Assembly: GCA_017557605.1 (NCBI GenBank)
Contig: JAFYYJ010000079.1
Span: forward strand, 25,499 to 89,498
Direction: 5' to 3'
From: Salinivirgaceae bacterium
GTDB taxonomy: Bacteria; Bacteroidota; Bacteroidia; Bacteroidales; SZUA-534
DNA: 64,000 nucleotides
Shown: positions 19,873-28,278 of the stretch, one piece after another
Numbering within the stretch: position 1 is the first letter of the stretch
Layout of the letters: the number at the start of each line of letters is the position of its first letter
Position numbers and translations under genes: made by a program
Notes under the pieces: generated by a model
Seen by the model: the letters and a program-made list of their open reading frames with translations, nothing else
The model's database searches: none
Told to the model about the DNA's origin: nothing

Positions 19873-22800
19873 CTATTGTTTCATTATCTTCAGAATAACA
19901 GGCCGTTGTCCATTGAGCGAGATTCTGGCAAAATACAATCCCGGATTCCAATTCGCAGCAACATCGCTTATATCAATCATATGGCGACCTTCAGCAAACA
20001 CACCATTGCATACATTACTCATCTTCAAACCGTTAGCAGCATACAATTCAATATCAACAAAAGTTTCGAAAGCCTGCACCCACATTATTTGAGCTCCACT
20101 GCTGAATGGATTTGGGTAGCACATGGCCATCAACTCCGATGCAACCTGCTCATCAACATCGACTTTGAATGTAGTATCGACAATGGAGAAATCATCGTGC
20201 GAAGGATTAAATGTGCCGTTTTGCGCTCCTGGCGTGCCATGCATATCCTTGTCGTTCCACAATTTATAGCTGGCATTATCGGCAAACGGGTCGGTCAATG
20301 CAAGTGTCTTTCCTGTTCCGTTGGCGTCGCCCCACGATTTCACATATTCAACCTCATCTATCAGATTCCCTTCTGAATCAAATAGTTGCACTTTATCTTC
20401 TTTACTCAAACCGAAATTGAAATCACCAACAAAATTTATCACTCCGGAATTGAATTTCAGCAACTTATTAGCATTCGAGCAGATGACCAAATATCCATAT
20501 GGCGGAATAATAGTTCCTGCAGGAATGGTAAATGCTTCGTCAGGATTGCCGTCACTGATTTTCCAGCGCGTAAGGTTAATGGCCGCAGAAGTGGTATTGT
20601 AAAGTTCAACCCAGTCCTTGGTGTCGAAATCATCGGCCGATTTGTAATTTATCTCATTGATTACAACATTATTATACTTCAAATCGCTTGATTCAAATAT
20701 AGCTGTGTATTCCGATGTCTCTTCAAGTTTGACACTGATGCCCTCGTGTTCGCTAACATTATTGCCGTCAGCATCCTCCCAATGTGAAAATTTATAACCC
20801 GGACGCGCAACGGCACGAATTGAAATAGGAACTTCTTTGAAATAAGAACCGCTCCAAGGAAACCTCTTAAGTGTGAGCGAGTTAAGTTGTACATATCCAG
20901 CCGCATCATCATTAATATAGAACGTAACCTTGACATCACCGCCCACATCGAAGTGCTTACGCAGATGGTTGCGTACATTTTTCGGACGGTTTTTGGCAAA
21001 ATCCTTCATTCCATTGCCGTCGTTAGTTCCTTTGTTCCAACGCGAATTATGTGAACCTATTTCCTTCTTGATGTTGCCATACAAACTGTCGACCAAATGA
21101 TTGACATTGGCTGGCAGAAATTCACGGTTCATACGGTCGGCAAAGCGGTTAGCAAGAGCATCGCAGAACTGTTTGTTTTTAGTTAGGTTGCGGAAAAGAA
21201 AATTAGCCCAAGTGTTACCATGTGTGTCTTTCTCCTTCAAACAGTCAGCCAATTTGTCATCGCCCGACTGGTCACCCCAAATTGAATAACATTGGTCGGT
21301 ATCGAAAAGGAACCAACGCCAGCGACCGTCGTTTTTCTTCGATTTCCACACCTTCACATTGTTGTGCGGCCAGTCGTTGTTCGAACCGTAAATCTCCGAC
21401 ACCATATACTCAATATACTCATCCATATCCATTTGAGTAGTAACATACTGATAGTTGGCTTCTTCAGACAAATCGTTGTTCTCGATGAAGTCGAGCAATG
21501 CGTTGTAGGCCTCCATATCGCCTTCCGACGCCGACATATCTTTTGTCACATCACTCGCCACAATCAAGTCCACATTGTCGTGGTCAGCCTGCGGATAATG
21601 ATTCTCTATGTAATATTCGTTCAATTTCTCGCGCATATTCAGAACGCCGTAGTATTCACCGTTCAAGAAGACAACTGCTGGCTGATATGCTTGAATATCA
21701 ATATTATTACCAGCCACAAGATGTGTAATCATAGCATCGCGGAAGTGGGTGCCGCCAAAGTCGTTGCCCGAATCGCGCAAAGTGAACGATTTGAATTGTG
21801 TGATATCAAGTTCATCAAACAATTTAGCATTGAAATACTTTGTACCATAAGCATTACGGGCATGTAACGCTAGCGATTTCTGGTCGTTCATACGGCTATA
21901 AGCTCCGGCCACTTTCACTCCCGCGTCTTGGTCAAGACGTTTCGAACCATCGGTCCAATAAAGTTCAACATGGATTGGACGCTCCCAATCATTATAATAA
22001 TTTGCACGACGAGGCGAGGCGTTTAAGTCGGCATTCGGTCCCTCCACAAGAATTCCCTTGTTATAATCCCAAAGATTGTCAGGGTCGGTAGTAAGCGAAA
22101 TAACCGGCAGATTGAATGACGAGCTATGGTCGAGGTATTTGGCCGGGTCAACTGATATTATCGAGTCGTGACCTGGGCGTCCCCACCAGCCGCCCCAGCC
22201 ACCCCAGCCGCCCCAACCTCCGTTGTTGCCTTCGTTGTTGGATGTATCGGGGTCTTCAACCCAAACGGTTCCAGTATCGATTGGTTTGCCTTGTTTGTCG
22301 CGGTCAATCCAACGCAGTTTCTTTCCGAAAATATAACTCTGAGTTGATGGCAGGCCGGGCATCAAGTTGTCATTGAAAGTGATAGCGCGGATGACTGTTG
22401 TGCTATCAACGGCTATCGGACCGGTGTATTTTGTAGACTCTTTTGTCGGCTCGGTGCAATCAAGCGTATAATATATAGGTGTGTTGCCGTCGGTAGTTAG
22501 AGTTACGGTCAATGCCGATGTTTTGACTCCGCCCTCGGGCGAGAATTTCACACTTGTGGTTGTCGATGTGGCGTAAGCCTTAGTTGTGTTTGCCTCACCA
22601 GGTGTAGGCTCGACAAAGAATACCCAATTGCTGCCGCCATCAGGACTCAAACCGCGGCTTGCGTTGCATGGGACAGACAACGAATCAGTCTGATGCGCAA
22701 TTTCGCCAGAAGCGTTCACAAGAAAAACAGCTTCTCCATCCGATGAAATATTGAAATTCGTGTGCAGATACTTGCCATCGGCTACTTCGGTCAGATTTTT

Positions 22801-23070
22801 GCCAGTCGCCAAAACCAACAAGTAACCATTTGCGGGAACCGACACCGAAGGAAACTTCCATTTTGTAAGATTGTCCTTATTGTCTGTCAGACTCCAATCT
22901 TTCAAATCGACACTCGATGACGATGTGTTGTAAAGTTCAATCCAGTCAGCTTCCTCGTTGTTTTCATCTAAGAATGTGGTAGTTGACGAGCTGTATTCGT
23001 TGATTACGATTTGTGCGTTTGTTGCCATTGCCGTTAAAAGCGACAAAGCGAGTAATTGAAATTTTTTCAT
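19873..23070 (-). CDS. CotH-kinase-family surface protein, paralog 2 (LTD - CotH - LTD - T9SS CTD)
   Basis: Start trimmed to MKKFQLLALSLLTAMATNAQ (signal peptide; promoter box 26 nt upstream). Same architecture as paralog 3. Has a unique GGWGGWGGWGGWWG insert. C-terminal CYPNPF...ILKIMKQ. Confidence 0.8.
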   Translation of the reverse strand: MKKFQLLALSLLTAMATNAQIVINEYSSSTTTFLDENNEEADWIELYNTSSSSVDLKDWSLTDNKDNLTKWKFPSVSVPANGYLLVLATGKNLTEVADGKYLHTNFNISSDGEAVFLVNASGEIAHQTDSLSVPCNASRGLSPDGGSNWVFFVEPTPGEANTTKAYATSTTTSVKFSPEGGVKTSALTVTLTTDGNTPIYYTLDCTEPTKESTKYTGPIAVDSTTVIRAITFNDNLMPGLPSTQSYIFGKKLRWIDRDKQGKPIDTGTVWVEDPDTSNNEGNNGGWGGWGGWGGWWGRPGHDSIISVDPAKYLDHSSSFNLPVISLTTDPDNLWDYNKGILVEGPNADLNASPRRANYYNDWERPIHVELYWTDGSKRLDQDAGVKVAGAYSRMNDQKSLALHARNAYGTKYFNAKLFDELDITQFKSFTLRDSGNDFGGTHFRDAMITHLVAGNNIDIQAYQPAVVFLNGEYYGVLNMREKLNEYYIENHYPQADHDNVDLIVASDVTKDMSASEGDMEAYNALLDFIENNDLSEEANYQYVTTQMDMDEYIEYMVSEIYGSNNDWPHNNVKVWKSKKNDGRWRWFLFDTDQCYSIWGDQSGDDKLADCLKEKDTHGNTWANFLFRNLTKNKQFCDALANRFADRMNREFLPANVNHLVDSLYGNIKKEIGSHNSRWNKGTNDGNGMKDFAKNRPKNVRNHLRKHFDVGGDVKVTFYINDDAAGYVQLNSLTLKRFPWSGSYFKEVPISIRAVARPGYKFSHWEDADGNNVSEHEGISVKLEETSEYTAIFESSDLKYNNVVINEINYKSADDFDTKDWVELYNTTSAAINLTRWKISDGNPDEAFTIPAGTIIPPYGYLVICSNANKLLKFNSGVINFVGDFNFGLSKEDKVQLFDSEGNLIDEVEYVKSWGDANGTGKTLALTDPFADNASYKLWNDKDMHGTPGAQNGTFNPSHDDFSIVDTTFKVDVDEQVASELMAMCYPNPFSSGAQIMWVQAFETFVDIELYAANGLKMSNVCNGVFAEGRHMIDISDVAANWNPGLYFARISLNGQRPVILKIMKQ
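22182..22221 (-). repeat. short in-frame 9-nt tandem repeat encoding (GGW)4
   Basis: The plus strand reads CCACCAGCC GCCCCAGCC ACCCCAGCC GCCCCAACC. It translates on the minus strand as NNGGWGGWGGWGGWWGRPGH and is absent from paralogs 1 and 3. Confidence 0.7.
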
Positions 23071-23095
23071 TGTTCCGCTATTTTCAAAAAACGGG

Positions 23096-23103
23096 CAAAT
23101 GTA
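23096..23103 (-). promoter_or_regulatory. -7 promoter box (TACATTTG on minus) for CotH paralog 2
   Basis: CAAATGTA on plus, 26 nt upstream of ATG 23070. Confidence 0.45.
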
Positions 23104-23231
23104 GCACTTTAACGGAACGTGCAAGGCTTTTTTGTGAACGAAACGTCGGCAAAATAAGTGTAGAGGTCGGCATAAATCAACCTACGCAAACAATATGATT
23201 TTCAATTTTAGTTTTTGTTGTGTCTGAAAAT

Positions 23232-23266
23232 AAAAAAAAACGGCAGTCAGCGCTTGCCAACTGCCG
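23232..23266 (-). terminator. intrinsic terminator after CotH paralog 3
   Basis: Stem CGGCAGT (23241-23247) / ACTGCCG (23260-23266) with a 12-nt loop. T9 follows on the minus strand. The stem sequence resembles the terminator at 19817-19848. Confidence 0.6.
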
Positions 23267-23289
23267 ATAAAAGATACAATCAATAGCGC

Positions 23290-26200
23290 TTATTGCTTGA
23301 TAATGCGCACATTAACAGGCATTTGTCCGTCAATACTGATTTTAGCGATATACAACCCTGGTGTGCAAGCTGCTATAGCTCTGCTGATGTCGATTTGTTG
23401 CTGACCTTGTGCGAACCATTCGTCACAAATTTGAGCCACACAGTTGCCAAATGCATTGAATAGTTCAATACGCACGTTTGCGTCGGCGGTTTGCTGCCAC
23501 AAAAGCGCAGCCTCGCTGCTAACAGGGTTCGGGTAGCAAATAGCTGTTGCGTTGGCTGCCTGAGCCTCGGTTATGTCAACAAAAACCTTTTCGTTTGTAT
23601 TGAAATCGCTACGAGACGGATTGAATGTGCCGTTCTGCGCACCCGGTGTTCCATGCAAATCGCTGTCGCTCCACAACTTATAGTTGGCGTTATCGGCAAA
23701 CGGGTCGGTCAGTGCAATGGTTTTGCCTGTTCCGTTGGCATCGCCCCAGGATTTTGCATACGAGACCTCATCAATTAAAGCACCCTCTGAATCAAAGAGT
23801 TGCAATTTGTCTTCCTTGCCCAATCCGAAAGTGAAATCGCCTACATAGTTTGTAACTGCCGGATTTAAACCTAACAACTTGTTCTGGTTGGCGCAAACAA
23901 CCAAATAGCCGTAAGCCTCAATTACCGTGCCGACCGGCATTGTAAAGGCTTCGTCGGCTTCACCGTCAAGCAATTTCCAACCCGACAGATTGATAGCGGC
24001 AGCCGTTGTATTGTAAAGTTCAATCCAGTCTTTGGTATCAAAATCGTCAGCCGACTTGTAATTTATCTCATTTATAACCACACTGTTAAATGCTGCATCC
24101 GCATCCTTTTCAAAAACCGCAGTTATGTCTGCGTCATTGTCCAAAGTAACTTCGATGCCTGCGCAGGTGTTATTTGGCAATCCTTCGCTGAATTCCCAAC
24201 GAACAAACTTATAACCCGGCCGTGCCACTGCCCGCAACTTGACAGGCACATTTTGGAAATATGTGCCATTCCACGGGAATTTCTTTAGCGTCAGCGAGTT
24301 AAGTTCAATATAACCAGCCTTGCTGTCATTCTCATTGAGGGTTACCACAACATTTTCACCAACATCTAAATTGTTACGTAAATGCACACGCATCCATGTT
24401 GGGCGACTTTTAGCAAAAGCTTTCATTCTGTCACCATTTTCACCGCCGCCCCACATATTCCTGTGATATTGCATTTCGTCTTTTATGTTATTATACAGAC
24501 TGTCAATCAGCTTATTGATATTCGTTGGAAGAAATTCGTAATTCATACGGTCCGCAAAACGATTGACAAACTCGTTGCGGAAAGTTGTGTTTTTCACCAT
24601 ATTACTCAACAAGACATTCGACCAAGTATCGCCGTTTTTTCCTTTTTCGGTCAAACATTTTGCCAACTTGTCGTACGAGACTTTATCTTCATCGCGGTCC
24701 CAAATATTATAAGATTGGTCGGTGTCGTAGAGGAACCAACGCCAACGGCCACCGTTTTTCTTCGACTTCCACATTTTCACGTTGTTGTGCGGCCAGTCGT
24801 CGTTGCCACCATAAATCTCTGTCACTAAATACTCAATATACTCATCGATGTCGATTTGTGCGGCAACCTGCTGGTAGTTGGCATCATCGGCCATATCGTG
24901 AGATTTCACAAAGTCCATCATAGCATTGTAATCGTCCATGTCGCCTTCTGATGCCTCAACGCCAGTGCCTTTTCCCGCAATAATATCCACCTTATCGTGC
25001 TCAACGTGCGGATAGTGGCTCTCAACGTAGTACTCGTTCAGCTTCTCTCGTATATTCAAAATTCCCCAATATTCACCGTTCAAGTAAATAACAACTGGTT
25101 GATATGCCTGAATATCAACATTATTCTTAGCAACAAGATGCGTAATCATTGCATCGCGGAAATGTGTGCCGTTGCAGTCGTTGCCCGAATCGCGCAAAAC
25201 GAACGATTTAAACCGTTTGATATCGAGTTCATCAAACAATTTGGCATCAAAATATTTCTTTCCGTATGCGTTGCGAGCGTACAGAGCAAACGATTTTTGG
25301 TTGTTACTCCGACTCCACGCACCGGCAATCTTCATTCCTGCATCCTGGTCGAGACGCTTCTCCCCATCGGTCCAGTATAACTCAACATGAACAGGGCGCT
25401 CCCAATCCTGATGGAAATTGGCACCATAATATGGTTCTCCTGATATGTCGGCACCGTCGCCGAAAACGTAAATACCAGTTTCCCAATTCCATAAATTTTC
25501 GGGGTCAGTTGTCAAAGAAACAACAGGCAGACTGAACGTTGACGGATGCGCAAGGTGGATATTCGGGTCAACTATAGTATCGTGCATTAAATCCCTATAA
25601 TCGCCTCCATTATCCATATACGAAAAAATTGAATCATAGGTAATTCCCTCATTCGGAACCAAAGAGTGCGTATATATGTATCCATCATATAGGCTGCGGT
25701 CAAGCCAGCGCAAATCGTTTGGGAAAATATAAGTCTGCGTCGAAGGCTGACCTGGCATCAAATTGCTATTGAATGTGGTGGCACGGATTACTGTCGTCGA
25801 GTCAACAGTGATTGGGCCGGTATAGAGCAACGATGTGTCGGTTGGTTCGGTGCAATCGAGAGTATAATATATAGGTGTATTGCCATCGGTGGATAGCGTT
25901 ACGGTCACAGCCGAGGTTTGAAAACCTCCTTCGGGCGAGAATTTCACGCTCGTGGTTGCCGATGTGGTGAAAGCCTTTGTGGTATTGGCCTTGCCGGGTG
26001 TTGGTTCGGCAAAGAATACCCAATTGCTGCCGCCATCGGGACTCAAACCACGGCTGGCGTTGCACGGAACAGCCACAGAATCAGTCTGATAAGCAATTGC
26101 ACCGGCTGCATTTGTCAAGAAAATAGACTCACCGTCCGACGAAATGTTGAAATTGGTGTGCAGATACTTGCCTGCGGCCACTATGGTCACATTCTTGCCC

Positions 26201-26478
26201 GAAGCCATAACCAACAGGAATCCGTTGGCCGCGATTTTCACCGACGGGAACGTCCATTTTGCAAGATTCTCCTTGCTGTCCGACAGGTGCCAACCGTTCA
26301 AATCGACTTCAGCCGACGATGTGTTGTAAAGTTCAATCCAGTCGGACTCTTCATTATATTCGTCTAAAAACGTGGATGTTGCCGAGCTATACTCGTTAAT
26401 CACAATTTGTGCGTTGGTATTGGCACAAAACAGAAAGGTGGCGGCAAAGGCCGCGCAAAGTTTGAGTTGTTTTTTCAT
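23290..26478 (-). CDS. CotH-kinase-family surface protein, paralog 3 (LTD - CotH - LTD - T9SS CTD)
   Basis: 1062 aa. Signal MKKQLKLCAAFAATFLFCANTNAQ. By eye, roughly three quarters identical to paralog 2 over the N-terminal ~250 aa. C-terminal CYPNPV...VRIIKQ. Confidence 0.8.
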   Translation of the reverse strand: MKKQLKLCAAFAATFLFCANTNAQIVINEYSSATSTFLDEYNEESDWIELYNTSSAEVDLNGWHLSDSKENLAKWTFPSVKIAANGFLLVMASGKNVTIVAAGKYLHTNFNISSDGESIFLTNAAGAIAYQTDSVAVPCNASRGLSPDGGSNWVFFAEPTPGKANTTKAFTTSATTSVKFSPEGGFQTSAVTVTLSTDGNTPIYYTLDCTEPTDTSLLYTGPITVDSTTVIRATTFNSNLMPGQPSTQTYIFPNDLRWLDRSLYDGYIYTHSLVPNEGITYDSIFSYMDNGGDYRDLMHDTIVDPNIHLAHPSTFSLPVVSLTTDPENLWNWETGIYVFGDGADISGEPYYGANFHQDWERPVHVELYWTDGEKRLDQDAGMKIAGAWSRSNNQKSFALYARNAYGKKYFDAKLFDELDIKRFKSFVLRDSGNDCNGTHFRDAMITHLVAKNNVDIQAYQPVVIYLNGEYWGILNIREKLNEYYVESHYPHVEHDKVDIIAGKGTGVEASEGDMDDYNAMMDFVKSHDMADDANYQQVAAQIDIDEYIEYLVTEIYGGNDDWPHNNVKMWKSKKNGGRWRWFLYDTDQSYNIWDRDEDKVSYDKLAKCLTEKGKNGDTWSNVLLSNMVKNTTFRNEFVNRFADRMNYEFLPTNINKLIDSLYNNIKDEMQYHRNMWGGGENGDRMKAFAKSRPTWMRVHLRNNLDVGENVVVTLNENDSKAGYIELNSLTLKKFPWNGTYFQNVPVKLRAVARPGYKFVRWEFSEGLPNNTCAGIEVTLDNDADITAVFEKDADAAFNSVVINEINYKSADDFDTKDWIELYNTTAAAINLSGWKLLDGEADEAFTMPVGTVIEAYGYLVVCANQNKLLGLNPAVTNYVGDFTFGLGKEDKLQLFDSEGALIDEVSYAKSWGDANGTGKTIALTDPFADNANYKLWSDSDLHGTPGAQNGTFNPSRSDFNTNEKVFVDITEAQAANATAICYPNPVSSEAALLWQQTADANVRIELFNAFGNCVAQICDEWFAQGQQQIDISRAIAACTPGLYIAKISIDGQMPVNVRIIKQ

Positions 26479-26526
26479 AAAATTTAGTTATGTGTTAGTT
26501 TGTAAATGTAACATGTTTTCTTCAAA

Positions 26527-26534
26527 CAAAAATA
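26527..26534 (-). promoter_or_regulatory. -7 promoter box (TATTTTTG on minus) for CotH paralog 3
   Basis: CAAAAATA on plus, 49 nt upstream of ATG 26478. Confidence 0.35.
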
Positions 26535-26629
26535 CTCACTCACACATTAGACACAACTTTTGCAATTTCATTACAAAAATTCTGAATTATTTATGAAAAA
26601 TAAAATCTAAGATTTGAAACGCTTGGAAA

Positions 26630-27283
26630 TCAAGCTGTTTTATTAATATGGCGGCGAAGTTTGCGCATATTGTTCAGGAAGGTCTTGCGCACTATCGGGT
26701 CTTGCGCCCAGTTTGGATATTTCGACGGCTGTGTAGATTGTGTGGTGAAAACCACGCTTATGGTGCTCTCACTTACAGGCATAATCTCCCAGCGGGCGCT
26801 GAAAGTGTCGAGCCGCTCTATATCTTTTTTCTTCGGAATCAGGTCGGTCTGCTGGTCGATGCTGACAATGATGCGGTCGCCACGGCGCGTAACGGTGTAT
26901 TTCGACACAAAATCCTGCTTGCCAATAGGCCACGGAGCATCCATCAGTGTGTAGACAAACCATTCGGTGTTGTTGGTGCGGCGCACGATGCGGCAGCTCT
27001 CAACATTGCTCATCCAGATATCGGTTTTGTTGGGGTCGGAAATGATGGCAAGCAACTCTTCGGGCGAGCATTTCAGAATCATCTTTCCCGAACGTTCGCG
27101 GGCGCGTTGCTTGTCGAGCGAAATCCAACGCTCAAAAACCTTTATATCGTTATCTTTGTCTTCGGTAACTAAAACCCAATCGGTATCGCTGTCGGCATCA
27201 GCATCCGACGCAACTGACAGATTGACAAAAAATAGGCTGGCTACTAAAAAGATATATTTGAATATGTTTGAAGTCAACTTCAT
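26630..27283 (-). CDS. secreted START-like (lipid-binding fold) domain protein
   Basis: Signal peptide followed by an acidic linker (SDADADSDTD). Pattern W..V......I.V..R........K......SPEELL..I.D......W is reminiscent of START/Bet v1 proteins. Assigned by eye only. Confidence 0.5.
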   Translation of the reverse strand: MKLTSNIFKYIFLVASLFFVNLSVASDADADSDTDWVLVTEDKDNDIKVFERWISLDKQRARERSGKMILKCSPEELLAIISDPNKTDIWMSNVESCRIVRRTNNTEWFVYTLMDAPWPIGKQDFVSKYTVTRRGDRIIVSIDQQTDLIPKKKDIERLDTFSARWEIMPVSESTISVVFTTQSTQPSKYPNWAQDPIVRKTFLNNMRKLRRHINKTA

Positions 27284-27284
27284 C

Positions 27285-27364
27285 TTTTTCGCATAAACGA
27301 CGCAAATTTAGCACATTATCCGACACTTGCGACATTTTTTTCGCATAAAGTGCACAATTTAGCG
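27285..27364. repeat. 28-nt imperfect direct repeat in a divergent promoter region
   Basis: R1 is 27285-27312 (TTTTTCGCATAAACGACGCAAATTTAGC). R2 is 27337-27364 (TTTTTCGCATAAAGTGCACAATTTAGC), matching at 24/28 positions, 52 nt apart. R1 contains TAAATTTG (minus strand, 27303-27310), which is a -7 box 20 nt upstream of ATG 27283. Confidence 0.6.
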
Positions 27365-27425
27365 TTATGACACCACAATCGGCATCCATAATGCACATTT
27401 GCTTCGACTAATTCAAAAGATAGTT

Positions 27426-27433
27426 TACCTTTG
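27426..27433 (+). promoter_or_regulatory. -7 promoter box (TACCTTTG) for the PASTA-domain gene
   Basis: 20 nt upstream of ATG 27453, with TTTG at 27398-27401 as a possible -33 element. Confidence 0.45.
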
Positions 27434-27452
27434 CGGATAAAGAAATACAGTT

Positions 27453-28253
27453 ATGGCGGAAAAAGAAAATAGCGGGGAAAAGTCACCGATTAAACAAAAA
27501 CTTATTCGTATCGGCATAATCGCTGAGCTGATTATCGCCTTTTATATTGTTGTATTTGTGATATTTACAACATTCTTGCGATTTTACACGCATCACAATC
27601 AGTCGATTTCGGTTCCCGATTTCAAAAGCCTGACACTGCAACGTGCTGCGCAGATAGCTGCTCATGAGAATCTGCAACTGCGCATTATCGACTCCACTTT
27701 TATCGACTATATGCCGCGCGGCAGTATTATCGACCAGAGCCCACGCCCGGGAACGCACGTTAAGCGCAACCGCACAATATTCCTGACCACAAACGCGTTT
27801 TGCAGAGCGAAGGTTGAGATGCCGCGGCTTGTCGGATTGTCGTACCGCCAGGGAAAAGCCACTCTCGAAATGCTGGGACTGCATGTGGGACAGCTCATTT
27901 ATCAGCCAGATTTCGCTAAAAACAACATTCTGAAACAGATGCACAACAACACGCCGATAGCTGCAGGAACAATGATTGAGACAGGCTCGAAAATCGACAT
28001 TGTGCTGGGTGACGGATACGAGAGCAACTACTCTATTCCGCTGCCTAACCTGAAAGGGAAGACTTATTTTGAAGCTGCCAACGAGCTTAACAACGCCTAT
28101 CTGAACGTGGGAAATGTCACAATAACAGACGCTTTTTCGCCTACCGACACCATCAATGCGAAGGTGTACAAACAATCGCCGGCATACTATAACTCCGACT
28201 CGCGCGCGCCAATTGGAGCAAAAATCGACATTTGGTTGTCACCCGAGCAATAA
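27453..28253 (+). CDS. membrane-anchored PASTA-domain protein
   Basis: N-terminal TM helix (IGIIAELIIAFYIVVFVIFTTF) followed by three PASTA-like units (VPDFKSLTLQRAAQIAAH..., MPRLVGLSYRQGKATLEMLGLHVG..., LPNLKGKTYFEAANELNNAYLNVG...). No kinase or PBP domain. Confidence 0.75.
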   Translation: MAEKENSGEKSPIKQKLIRIGIIAELIIAFYIVVFVIFTTFLRFYTHHNQSISVPDFKSLTLQRAAQIAAHENLQLRIIDSTFIDYMPRGSIIDQSPRPGTHVKRNRTIFLTTNAFCRAKVEMPRLVGLSYRQGKATLEMLGLHVGQLIYQPDFAKNNILKQMHNNTPIAAGTMIETGSKIDIVLGDGYESNYSIPLPNLKGKTYFEAANELNNAYLNVGNVTITDAFSPTDTINAKVYKQSPAYYNSDSRAPIGAKIDIWLSPEQ

Positions 28254-28278
28254 AACGAAATTGAACCTGTCAATTTAA

